A stretch of 64,000 nt of DNA from Geosiphon pyriformis uo1 (lineage: Eukaryota; Fungi; Glomeromycota). Shown here one piece after another: positions 1 to 11,480 of the stretch; the stretch's first letter is position 1, and every line of letters starts with the position of its first letter. Position numbers and translations under genes: made by a program. The notes beneath the pieces were generated by a model. The model ran no database searches. It worked only from the letters and a program-made list of their open reading frames with translations, and had not been told where the DNA came from. Location of the stretch: assembly GCA_016748015.1 (NCBI GenBank), contig JAAOMT010000577.1, positions 310,001-374,000 on the forward strand. The letters are read 5' to 3'.

Positions 1-181
1 CTTTCAGCTGGGCCATTAAAAATATATCTTGCTCGGATCTAGAGAGGGCTTGAAACGCTTCACGTAATTCAGCAAAATTCTCTCTCGGAATCATTTTTGA
101 GCAACCACAACTGCATCCTATTTCCAAGAAACGCATGGCTTTTTCATATTCAGTCGAACCGTTATAATTATAGTTTTCCAT
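1..181 (-). CDS. N-terminus of a Cys-motif, transposase-like Glomeromycotina protein (runs off the window start)
   Basis: Manual translation from ATG at 181: MENYNYNGSTEYEKAMRFLEIGCSCGCSKMIPRENFAELREAFQALSRSEQDIFLMAQLK, open to position 1. The CxCxC motif followed by a helical segment recalls repetitive AM-fungal transposase-like (Sola/DUF7869-type) proteins; family assignment is from memory. Confidence 0.55.
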   Translation of the reverse strand, partial: MENYNYNGSTEYEKAMRFLEIGCSCGCSKMIPRENFAELREAFQALSRSEQDIFLMAQLK

Positions 182-540
182 ATACAGGTATTCCTATATA
201 TAATTTTATGTATAATCCAGGCGTATATTCAAATAGAACATTAATTTAATTTCGTTGATTGAAATTTAAACTGATTGACCATAATTTCTCCTGTATAATT
301 AATTCATCAAACATTACTATTTATATTGATACATTCCAAATTCACATTCTTTGCAAATGATAATACTGATCAAATCATTCTTATTCTACTCACTTCATCA
401 ACAATAATACACTCAACTGAACAAGATACATGAAGTCTGAGAAGAGCTCAAATATATGGGTAGCATTTTTTATTTAATATAAGTCACTGACATATCACAC
501 AGTATTGAAGCCATTATCTAGCATGTACAAGTCATAAGCT

Positions 541-809
541 GGCAGGGTGCCAATCAATATCAGGATTCAGGAGGGGTGGGTAAACAACCTCTCCAACCTT
601 ACCAGACCCGTCAAAGTCTATTATCTTTACTGAATGAGGTTTGAAAGTCTCATATCACCATGCACAAAACCCTGGTTATGCATTTTCTTTACTGACTCTA
701 TTGCTTTCTTCTGTATGAACAGCTTTTTGTCTTGAGCAAGAGAAGATAGTGAGCTATATTCCCTCAGCTGTTCCATAATCACAACACACCAAATGTTTCC
801 ACATCCCAT
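541..809 (-). pseudogene. Protein kinase-like fragment, frameshifted
   Basis: ORF 627-809 carries HGDMRLSN (catalytic loop). A shifted frame continues VKIIDFDGSGKVGEVVYPPLLNPDIDWHP (DFD motif). No N-lobe. Confidence 0.75.
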
Positions 810-1425
810 AAAAAGCAGTCACCGTCTATCGTGTGGTCATATTTTTCATTGTATCTGTGTTGAGAAAAAACTATTACTTTCGCGAAAAGAATCATGTCCT
901 TATCCTAACTGTACGTCATCAATAATTGGTAGAATGGAAAAACATCTCACGATAGTATCTCAAGGAAATCCGGACGAGGATATGGTGGATGTGAATGACT
1001 CGTGAAGGGAGAATACTCCCATATCTGAAGCCGAACATATCGCTCAAACAGTAAAAGTGCAAACTTAGGGCCTAACAAAAGATCTCTCAGTAAGGAAGCG
1101 AATTAAAAAAGAAGACTTGCCCTCACTAAAGAGACTTATATCTAAATTGACCGCTGAAACTTCTGAGACTTCTAAAATAGCTGAAGCATACAGTAAAAAC
1201 ACAACGGATCTTTTACACCTCAATAATATCATTACTCATGCAGAATCCCGAAACGAAAGCACAAACTGAGAAGTTATTCATTGCTATTATTGTTTTGGCG
1301 ATATTCTGTCACAGCGATTAAACTATTATAAAAGTTTAGAATGCGGTGACTTATCGGTTAATGAAGTTCGAAAACAATTGGGGACAAAATCTCAAACGAC
1401 ACTACGTAAAAGAACTCAAAGGGTA
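793..1425 (+). pseudogene. Partial RING-finger plus helical-domain protein remnant
   Basis: LSCGHIFHCICVEKKLLLSRKESCPYPNC (C-terminal half of a RING), then KRIKKEDLPSLKRLI...HAESRNESTN*EVIHCYYCFG...LRKRTQR with an internal stop and frame breaks. Confidence 0.6.
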
Positions 1426-1820
1426 TTTGCTCTTCTTAATAGCATTTTCATAGATAGGGAGATATTTGTAATCATGTGTTTACTGCGCCTGTGAACTAAT
1501 GTACTTCACCGTTAATTGGCCCACTTCTGAATTAGAATGTGATTTAGCTTAACAAATTTTCCTCCTCAGGAGTTTTACCTGATTTGGGAGACCAGTTCTA
1601 GAAAATTCAAGCAAATATCACAATGACGCTTTTATTGATCCAAACACTGCAGTAAGAATCAAGCTAAGAGTTGAAATACACTTTTACGAGTATATACTTT
1701 CAGAATCCACGGGGATCCATGCAACTTTGCAAAGCCGCTAGTTTAATTTTACTATTGCTGTACACTTTGTTACACACGTTTCAGAATGAGCTCAAAACTT
1801 GAAGCTAAAGATCTACCTTG

Positions 1821-2329
1821 CCCTTTGGAACCTCTCCCTATTGATCTCACACCTTCCCTCCATCCTCCATCATCCACTCATATCTTCCCTCAAACATTAA
1901 ACACATTGCTCGTTTAATCCAATCAGCTGTCCTCTGGACCATTTGGATCTCCTACACTCAAACATCCTTTGGCTCCTCTAATCCCCCCTCTAATCCTGAA
2001 GCTTCCTCCTCCTTTATCTCCATCCTCCTTTCATATAAAATTACTACTTCATACTTACCCTGGCCTTCCACTAACTCCATCACCAAAATCCTCTCTCATA
2101 ACTCTTCATCTAACATTACAAATACATAAACATTCCCCTATATTAATATTAATATATTTCTTTACTTAAATAATAACACTAGTAACACAATTAATCCCTC
2201 ATTCCATATATTTTAATCTGGCTATCAAGCCAAGCTCTTTGTTGCACTTCTATATGCTTGCGTGTATGTTAAAACTAGCTTTAGCAGTATTCTGTAGTTA
2301 GGCAATAAAGTTCTAAATTATAAAAAAAA
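1821..2329 (+). mobile_element. 5'-truncated non-LTR retrotransposon (L1/Tx1-like 3' end)
   Basis: Perfect 14-bp TSD AAAGATCTACCTTG at 1807-1820 and 2330-2343. AATAAA at 2304-2309, A-tail at 2322-2329. Residual coding KHIARLIQSAVLWTIWISYTQ resembles the LWxIW motif of the L1-clade ORF2 C-terminus. Confidence 0.9.
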
Positions 2330-2344
2330 AAAGATCTACCTTGA

Positions 2345-3300
2345 GTATGCGTCTCTTTCCAAGGATAGTCAGTTAGCACAAATGTGAATTAAAGAAAATC
2401 ATAGGTGGCGACATGCATCAGCTAGTGCAACAGCGAAACGACTAACGGAAATGGCTGAGTATTTTCCTGAACTATCTTCATTGCTTAATTACTCTTTATG
2501 TGAACGGCATTACAACTAGATTGTCAAAAGAACTTTTGTTAAACAGAAAAATAAAGTGGATAATTCAAGTTTTTTAGATTCGGAAGAAGTGGAGAGGAAA
2601 AGAAGAAAGCTTACTGATGATAACGACGATTGCAGCAAAAAGGTTTTTCCGATTTTGGAGTAACGTTGTCTCTGAGGAAAATCATACTGCGGAAGGGTAT
2701 TTAGAATAGACCCAAAATCAAACAGATTTCATATTCAGGTTAAGTATGAACAAATTTTTTTGTATTTACAAGCAATTATTAACTTTCGCACTGGAGTTCG
2801 TTTTAATAGGCCTTCATTAAGACTTGCGGCTAGATGAACATTTGCGCCAATTTGGTCTGCCTGACGATATCCTATTTACCGACAAATCGAACTCGCCGAT
2901 GAAGAACAGAGATTGCGATTAAGGCCTGAAATTGATAAGTTGGTTCAAGAAAGAATTGTGACTTCACGGTCTAAACTTTCCGATCAACATCAAGGCCATG
3001 GTGCAATACTGGAAGAAATTAACAAATGCTCAAATCATTAGTCCCTTCCATACCTTCACAACGGCATTGGGAAATCGCTGCACGTAATTATATCAAATTT
3101 TTGAAATTGCGTACTAACCTTTTCAATGTAATAGGGTATACTGAAAATGAAATACATAGGCCTCGTACAAGTCCCAGCTTCATTGCAGAATCACAACGAC
3201 TTCGGGTTCGAATAAGGAAAACGCAATTTGTACCCGAATGCTGATAATCGTGTTTTCCAAAATATAAGTGGGGAATGGATTCTAAGTGAAGAAATGAAGC
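2345..3300 (+). pseudogene. Disrupted Glomeromycotina repetitive protein, possibly transposase-derived
   Basis: NRPSLRLAAR*TFAPIWSA*RYPIYRQIELADEEQRLRLRPEIDKLVQERIVTSRSKLSDQHQGHGAILEEIN, frameshifting into ORF 3026-3244. Contains stops and frameshifts; the 5' part appears interrupted by the LINE insertion. Confidence 0.45.
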
Positions 3301-3548
3301 TAACTAAACATTATTATGCTTTTGGCAAATCTTATCCATTATCAATTTTTTAAGTAATAGTTATATTCTCGACACGTGACGTTTAGACTTCCAATGCTAG
3401 AAATTTCTAGAATTGATTTTTAATCATAAATGGTGTGATCTGCATCTCCCAAATCGGGTAAAACTCCTGACTGGAGTAGCCAATGGGCAATATGTGATAA
3501 AAATGTGACCCGAAAAAAAAAGCGGACACGCAACTTTACGCGGTCAAA

Positions 3549-6500
3549 ATGAAACTAGATAAAAACGTCCGCGAAATCCTAAGTGATCCAGGTAAACGTT
3601 GGTTCTTTGCTTTTTTATCGATCACGTACGTTCAGGTAAATATTGGTGTATCGCTCCCTATATTTGTTAAAACTTACAGCATACTGGAGTTCGATTTCAA
3701 AACCATCGTTGATTACGTATTTAACTTATCTCTCACAAACAACAAAAGATTCACTCTCGAAAGACAAGATTCAAAGTCAATACATATCAGAACTAACCAC
3801 CATCAAACGAAGTTACGAGGAAATGAGTGAACAACACGAAATAATCGAAGAAGCTTTGGCGAGTTTTGCAGTAAGTTAGTTTTTTGTTATGGTCTATAAT
3901 GTACATGGGTAGACATTCGTTTTGTTGCGCGAATGTTGTGGCGCATTATCAACTAGTGTACTGGCTGCGGCTACGTATATGAAAGGCTGCGGCTCCGTTG
4001 AGAAATGCCATTGCTGCTCTATTAGCTAGTATACTGGCTGCGGCTACGTATAACGAAAGGCTGCGGCTCCGCTATAGATACACACCATGTATATGCTAGG
4101 TTTGAGTAGGCTTAGTTGGTTTAGAGTGAATTCGTTCTGTTCGTATTAAAACATTAATATTCTACATTGAAATTTGGCGAGAACGAGAAAACGTCAGAGG
4201 ATGTGAAAAATTTCTGGGAAGACAAATATTTGGACCAGAAACTCTGTACATTAGAGAAGAAAACAAAAATAATCGAGGTAATGTTTGGTTAAAATTCTAA
4301 GAATTTTTATTCGAAGCAAACTATGATTATTAATAACCATTTAGGCCGAAGGTGTTATGAATTTTTTGCAAACGGGAAACGAGCGTTTAAACGATGCGTC
4401 GAAAATGGTTCATAAGTCTCACTTAAATTTTCTGGAAAGAAAAGAAGCAAAATATTATGAACAAAAAGAGAATGATGCCAATAAGGTAAAGAGATTAGCT
4501 TTTTAAGATTTCAGGAAACTAACAGCACAAACGGTATAGCACTGTGTTTTGCCATCGCAAGCCCCGAGATGCTAATTCAACAATTTATATAATTATTCGT
4601 ATATACCAGGATGAGTCAGCTACATGTAGCCAAAATTATGAGAGAAAAAGACGAAACGCTGACGATAACAGTCAAGACGAGTACACTACACCCAAGAGAC
4701 GAGCACTCGCAGATGATAAATCATATACGCCATGCGGAACTGATGATAGTGTCGGTGTCATAATAATGTTAATTTGTTTGTGTTTTTTTTTTCATTGCTC
4801 CTTCTACAACTGACAAATCTACAAAGTATGCGAGCGATGAATCCGACGACGGAAGTGATGAGGAGTGTGGATCAAAATTAATTGTGGAAGAGATTAGCTT
4901 TGACGAATTCATTGATCAAGAGGACAAACCTGTAAGTGTTTCATTCTACCGCAATCAATTGCAAGTGTGATCTCATCAATATAATGGAGTTTTTTAGTTC
5001 ATTTTCAAAGCGAAGAATATTTCATCATTATTCAAATCATACCGATGTGAAGCATTGACTAAGTCGAGAAAATCTGGATTATCAGTTACGCAGGATTATC
5101 GGGAGATTTTGTGAGCAGATTTCTAAACAGTCTTTCATTACAACGACATTGTTAGCGTTGATATTTACTCTTTGAAATATTTAGGAGTATATCGCATATT
5201 CTTTTATTACAAGTTGACGACTATTCCGACATGCAAATAAAAACGTTTTCCAGAGATACTCTTGAGGATCTAAGAAAGGATATCAGGGCAAGGATTTTTG
5301 GGAAGGAAAAAATATCTAAAGAATTCAAATCAACTTTTCAGGAATATGTCGAGGTACAATGCCTTTATATTATAATTTGAAATATTATTATTGCGTTTGC
5401 TAATAGTTTTACTTTAGACTGTTCTTGATGACGAAGATTGCGGACTGGATAAGCTTTGGAAACTAATAATAGAGTCTTATCCAAAAACGTTTGATAAGAC
5501 CGAAGAGAATGCGCTTTTCCTGAAAATGCAATTATTGTTTCAAAAACTGTAAGTATAATGTCAATTAAGCCTGACCTTAGAATACTCGTAACATTTATAA
5601 AATAATTTTTAACTATTTTGCAGAGCCAGTAATCTTTCAGTGCGTACATTAAAAGAAAAAATCAGTGAAGGGACGTTAGTAGCGAATTTTATTAGTCCTA
5701 TATTACGGATCTTTCTACATAATGCTTCGGTTCATCCAACCACATGGCCGAATACGGCTAGCACTAGTGCAAAGATTCGTAAGCTTGCTAATAGTGATCC
5801 ATCTCGTGCAAAACAGCCTGACATGATTGGGAAAGTTGTTCACAACGGTATTATATAGATTTTTATAAAGCAAAACAGCCTGACATGATTGGGAAAGTTG
5901 TTCACAACGGTATTTATATAAAATTTTATGAAGGTATAAATGACATATCTTTTCTTTTTTACATAATAGGGAAATTTGCTTTTGAACTTATGTTTGGAGA
6001 AGTGACAGGCGAGGGCAGAAATAACACTGAAAAGAAGAATATTATTGACCTGATTAGATTAGGAATGTTTATGAAGGACTCTATCGACTTGACTCTACAC
6101 AAAGCAAATGTTAATTGTGTTTTATTCGGATGGCAAAGTATTGGTAAGCAAGAAAATTACTTTAAATAAAATTATTCGATCTGGCTAACAATTTATGCGA
6201 TTTATAGTATTGAAATGGACTGGCTACATCATGGTTTTAATCGCACCTGGCGTCTACCTAATGGTAGAAGCTGGCAATATAGAATTGCCAAAGTCTTTTG
6301 ACACCTGTAGCATGTTTTTCAATGGTTTAGATACTCTGCGGACATTTCAGGTATAACTACAAACGGTTGTTTACACCTGATTTTCGTATACATTGACTAA
6401 TAAACCGTCTCTTTAGGTGGCATATGAACGAACAGTAAAAGAAGTCCTTTCAGCTATGAATAAGAGTAGAGAAAAATCTGATGATGATAAACTCAAACAA

Positions 6501-6557
6501 TGGTGCCGGTCGACACTTGGGACACCAGCGTTTAAAAAAATCATTTTTTTCAAGTAA
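3549..6557 (+). CDS. 13-exon gene, 603 aa, acidic middle region and C-terminal PD-(D/E)xK (REase-fold) nuclease-like domain
   Basis: Phase-consistent GT-AG model: 3549-3591, 3680-3870, 4182-4277, 4345-4485, 4610-4750, 4827-4931, 4998-5110, 5185-5353, 5418-5548, 5624-5847, 5970-6143, 6208-6350, 6417-6557 (1812 nt, no internal stop). Motifs SEGTLVANFISPIL, RAKQPDMIG, ELMFGEVT. The exon-3 acceptor (GAG) and exon-5 donor (GTCGGT) are the weakest sites. Confidence 0.75.
3953..4071 (+). repeat. Two ~45-bp direct repeats in intron 2, each with two GGCTGCGGCT units
   Basis: CTAGTRTACTGGCTGCGGCTACGTATA(T/AC)GAAAGGCTGCGGCTCCG at 3953-3997 and 4026-4071. Confidence 0.9.
5808..5914 (+). repeat. Tandem duplication (62-bp period) of an exon end plus splice donor
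   Basis: Identical 45-mer GCAAAACAGCCTGACATGATTGGGAAAGTTGTTCACAACGGTATT at 5808-5852 and 5870-5914. Confidence 0.95.
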
Positions 6558-6595
6558 TTCAATGTTCATGCGCTGCAATCGACTTTTTATTATCC

Positions 6596-6787
6596 TTATT
6601 CGTCGGTTATCATTGTAAATACCTTACGTCCAAAATCTTGAGCATATTCGTCTAATTCTGCGGGCATGTCCCAACCTTTCCGAATGTATATAGGATCCTC
6701 TTTTGTTTTAGTCAAGTCAATAACAATAAAATCTCGGCCTTGCAAATTCTTATTTATCGATTGTATCAACGGCGTTACCCTCGCCAT
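6596..6787 (-). CDS. Small hypothetical protein (63 aa)
   Basis: ATG in A-rich context, protein-like composition (MARVTPLIQSINKNLQGRDFIVIDLTK...), convergent with the REase-like gene. No motif recognised. Confidence 0.4.
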   Translation of the reverse strand: MARVTPLIQSINKNLQGRDFIVIDLTKTKEDPIYIRKGWDMPAELDEYAQDFGRKVFTMITDE

Positions 6788-7539
6788 TTTTTTTTTGTAT
6801 ACCGCCTAACTATATCAACCAATTCAGGTTTCTTTTATTAGTTTTGGACAAGAGAAAAGCTTTGCGTCATGTAGATTGAACTGATGTTTGAGTGACGTTC
6901 ACTCAGTGAAGTAAGGGATAATTTTTTTGTTTTTTTAGGCTCACTACATAAATCTTCGAATATAACAACCGTCCTTCTTTCAGGAGAAAAATTCGTCAAT
7001 CTTTAGTATTTTGTCGGGTTTCATCGATCGGAACGTAACATTTTCGCGATATGGCTTTGGACTATTCACAACGAGTGCACGGCAAAGGCTGTTAAATGGC
7101 ATGATTTTCACCGCCGTCACGATACCCAACAGGCAGTTGATGAACGCATTCAACAAGAGCAAGCATCTGCAGAGAACGATCCTAACAACCCTCACAAGAT
7201 CTACTTCCACCATCCTGAGCGACCTAAACCAAATAGCGAATCACAAATATAATCTTCCCTTTGCAGAAGGCAACTCAGTTAGAGTCTGCTATGCTCGTAA
7301 AGTAGATGGTGCTACAACCCCCAGCGACAATTCAACGACAACAAACAACCTCTTGCATTAGACGTAATGACTGCTTGCAATGAAGAATGGAACTAGATCT
7401 ATTTGATTTGACAGGCAATAATTCTCCTTGCGGTAGTTTCATTATTTCGATTAATAATTACATCTCGATTTGCATACAATTAAAAGCGAAAGATCACCGA
7501 AATCAATATTATTTATGGTTTGGGGATAGAAAGGGGACG

Positions 7540-8400
7540 TAATTTGCTTACGATTTTGGAACGATCAAGAATATATATCCATTCCCTCCCTGCATTAATT
7601 CGTACTTGCTTTCGCTCAATCCCAATTTGTGAAAACTTCTTTCCCGCAACTCTACTAGTTAATGGCTTTTCTCCATTACCACTAGATCATGTAATATAAT
7701 TCTGGTATAAATTCTCACAGCTTGGTTTATTAATTTGATCCTCAGACCATGGCGCGATATGATCAATTATGAATCGAATTGGATTTGGTAAACGCTCTCG
7801 CATCGTCTCCACTTTCATTTTAGTGGTAGGAATATCTTGTGGGTTCCAATCTGAAAGATCAAGACTAAGTAAATATGCCATAACTATTCTAGGCGCATCA
7901 GGACGCAATACCGGAATTGTTCCAGGCTTTTTAGATGGTTGTCGTATTAGATATCCTATCCAGTGCCAGAAATATTTATTAAACTCTTCATTTCCTTCGG
8001 AGATTATATTTTTTGCATGCCATAAAATTGGATCCATAATAGCAGAATTAAATTTCTTTTGTTTGTTGGGCTTTGAATCCTAGAAAAAGATTGAAGAACT
8101 TGGTACTAGGTAATGAAGTGTTTGGTGAGTATGGTAAACATGTTATCTACCCATTTTTTAAGCGCTCCGATCGTTTTTCTCGAGAATTGGCCTTTTACAA
8201 TAAAAGCGATAATGCTTTTTCTTCCGTGAACTTTGTGGTATTTTATAACCATTTTGTTGAATAAGACTGAGTCCAGCTCAGATATTTTATCAAGCAACTT
8301 GTTAAGACCTTCCCACGAACAAGTTATTCTTGATAAGTATGTTCGCTCAACAAGCAGCTGGTATTTTGATTCATTGTCCTTGATTTTATCGCTTGAAAAA
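7540..8400 (-). pseudogene. Internally deleted D5-like primase-helicase of DNA-virus/Polinton type
   Basis: FFNLFLGFKA...DPILWHAKNII...YFWHWIGYLIRQPSKKPGTIPVLR joined directly to PDAPRIVMAYLLSLDLSDWNPQDIPTTKMK...LYQNYIT*...GKKFSQIGIERKQVRINAGREWIYILDRSKIVSKLR. The SF3 P-loop core expected after 'PVLR' is missing. Confidence 0.65.
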
Positions 8401-9241
8401 GCGTTTGAGTCATAGTTCGGACTTGATTGTGAGTTTTATGGTAGAGCAAAGTACCAGCGATAAGCGTGATCAGCAGCAGTAACTTGAACATTTTGTTACA
8501 TCATAACCATGGGCTTTAAACAGTTAATTTGCCGATCAAACGTAATGATTTATTCTAGTGTTTCCTTTTTATTACCTTAAATACCTACCAAAACGATCCA
8601 GGTTTTGCTGGTCATGAATTGTGTCAGATTTGTAGTACTTGGGCACAGCAAATCAAAATTATCGTATTTATACTCGAACGGCATACAAAGAATTTGTCCC
8701 GGTTATCAATAATTATTAACAATAATACATAAGAGGTTTATATTTCTTCAAGTTTTCGTTTCTTTCTTGATTCATCAAAAGTTGGGGTTAATGTTCGTTT
8801 ATGGTTTATTATTTTTCGTTCTTGGTAAATTTCATAAGTGATTTTTTCTTTGATCTAGATATTCCTGGAGAGTTTGGGTATTATTGATTTTAAAAACATA
8901 AGGCGTAATTTTCTCTCTTTGAGCTTTCTTTAAAATGCTTCTAATTGTGCTGTAATTCTTGGGTTCCATGGTGGATTTTATGTAAATTAGTTTCATATTA
9001 ATATTTTTTATATAGAGATAATCCTATATTAATCATGTTATGGTTTATATTCATCACATTCTGGTATGATAAAGTGAATATTAAAATTTAACAAGTCTAT
9101 AAGTTATGAATGAGCACCATTATTACTTTTCAAAAACGTCATCAGTCACACTGGTCAATTTTACAGCCACTTCATAATAACCCCTCATTTATAGAATGTC
9201 ACTTTGTCTGGTTTTGTTGCAGTCTGTCCCATATTAGATAT

Positions 9242-10740
9242 ATAAAATATCTAACTACTTAGGCTTTGTTAATAAAAGAAATAATATTGATACTAAAAAT
9301 TAAAATTGTTTATAAAAAAAAGCTTAATTTCTAACAATTTTAAGTAATTTTAAATTTAACAGATTTTTAAATAATTTTAATTTTAGTATTTTAATTTTGT
9401 TTTTAGATATTAAAGCCATTATATTAGGATTATATCGAAATTTACTTTTTGTTTCTTGAATTAAGTTCTGCTTAATGGTTTGCTATTTTGTTTTTATAGG
9501 TTTATATTATTAATAATTATATTAAGACTAAACAAAAAGTTTTTTTTTCTTGGCTTGTACTTTTATCTTTAATAAACACATCTATTAGTTTAAAAATTAA
9601 TATTCTATTGTTTTAACTAAGAAATCTTCTTTAAAAAAGCCTACATAAATTTGATTAGCATTTTAATTAAGAGTTTAATTATTATTGTTTTTATTGTTTT
9701 ATTAATTGTTATTTTTTAAATTTAAAGAAAACATTAGAAAATTGTTATAGTTTTATGCTATATGACCAGTATTTTTATATTAATAGCAAATTAAAAAACT
9801 TTGGTTTTTAGGTTTTGAATTATACAAAAACTGTTGAGACTAATTATAATAAAATTAGTATTAAAGTTTTAAAAATCTTTGTTTTTAATTATATTAAGCC
9901 AACTTTTTTTATAGTTTTATAGTAAGTAGTTGATTTTTTTTTCTATATATATCTTTTTTTCTAAGTTTTAAATATTTATTATTAATATTTTTAGTATTTT
10001 TTCATATTTTTTATTAATATTTTAAGTCATGTTTTATTCTAACTTATTATATATTTATTATTAACTTTTGAATTTTTTATTACTTTATGTTTCTTAAAAT
10101 ACATATTATATTTTATTTTTAAGAATAAATTATTAATTTTATTATTTAATATTGTTTTTATTATAGTATTAATTAAGTAAGAAAATTGTTATATTATTAA
10201 AGATTTAATCTTAATAATAGCATTTTAATTCAAAAAATATTTCAGTTATATTTTATTTATAAACTTTTAAATAATTTTTTATCTTTGCTTTATATAAATT
10301 AAGCTTTTGAATATTATATATTTTCAATTGTTAATTAAAAAAATTCTGGTTATAATTTTGTTAAATTAATTTTTAACTGATTGTATTTTTTATGTTTTTA
10401 TAAAGTTTAATTATTATTTTTTATAAAATTTACATTAAGACTACTATATTTTATAGCCTATATGATATTTTTTAATATAAAATTAAAAACTAATTCTTCT
10501 CTGAAATTTTTTATCTATTCTAAGTTAAATATTATTATTGATTACATAAATACAAATCCAACTCTAAAAAAGTAATAAAACCAAGAAAGTTTATAAAATA
10601 TTAAATATAAAAAATGAAAAACTTATGTTTTATAGAAAATTCAGGTTATGAAATTAATTAGCCTTAATATTTTGTTATATCTTTGATAGCACTTTATGTT
10701 TCTTCCAAAATTAAGGCTTATTAATTTAAGTTACAATTAT
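9242..10740 (-). pseudogene. Highly decayed Ty3/gypsy gag-protease remnant
   Basis: Minus-strand zinc-knuckle ghost ICY*YKNTGHIA*NY near 9740-9795 and a protease-like segment near 9250-9320. Boundaries approximate. Confidence 0.45.
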
Positions 10741-10779
10741 TATGCATAGCAATAACTCTTTATTGAGATTTTTCTACAG

Positions 10780-11480
10780 TATTATAACAAGTTGGTATAT
10801 GTTTTTTGATCATAGGATAAAATAATAATCAATGATCTAATCATTAATTTGATTATTGACCTGATTATTGATTTGATCAATAACCTAATTATTAACTTAA
10901 TCATTGATCTGATTATTGACCTAGTTGTTGACCTGATCATTGACTATTTTCAATAACTATATAAGCAATAAGTCTTTTAGCTATAGAAAACATAATCAAA
11001 GTAATAAAATAAAACCCACTATCAATTACTTTCTCTTATATTGCTTATTCTCTTTTTTCTACCTTTAAATATTTAAACATCTTAGGATAAAAAATTACTT
11101 ATTGGCATTTACATACCTTATTTTTTTTTTGATTTGTATTTGTTAAAATTAGTCTAAAAAATAATTGTTTACTTTTATGATTTATTAAATAAAGAAATAA
11201 TCAAAAAGCACAATAATATTTGTTATTAATTCTAAGAATTAGTAAGTTAAGGCATAAAATAATAGCAGCAGTGTTATTTTGTTGACAATTATGAACTATT
11301 CCTCTATCTTCAAATTTTCACAAAAGATTTACAACTGTGATTTTTATAAGACTGATTACACACATTAAATTCTTACTCATTTAATTTACTCCTTTATTGT
11401 AATTTGTTCTTTGATTATTTTTATTACTCTACAATTCTGTTCTTTCTTGCTATCTGTTAACTTGTTATTTTAACTCATAA
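10780..11480 (+). repeat. LTR-like repeat, family C, with 12-bp tandem units (TTGACCTGATCA-like)
   Basis: About ten 12-bp units at 10830-10945. The block is the reverse complement of 56755-57398. Ends approximate. Confidence 0.65.

Noticed and set aside
1969-2169. Pro/Leu-rich ORF as a gene
   Set aside because: It is an off-frame reading of the C/T-rich LINE fragment.
6980-7361. ORFs 7011-7361 (+) and 6980-7213 (-) as genes
   Set aside because: They have non-ATG starts and no motifs. A third frame ([23 protein letters not shown]...) looks more protein-like but contains a stop and could not be identified.
10830-10945. 12-bp periodic array (also 57220-57350) as CRISPR or telomeric repeat
   Set aside because: There are no unique spacers and no cas genes. 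It lies inside a dispersed LTR-like repeat present in both orientations.
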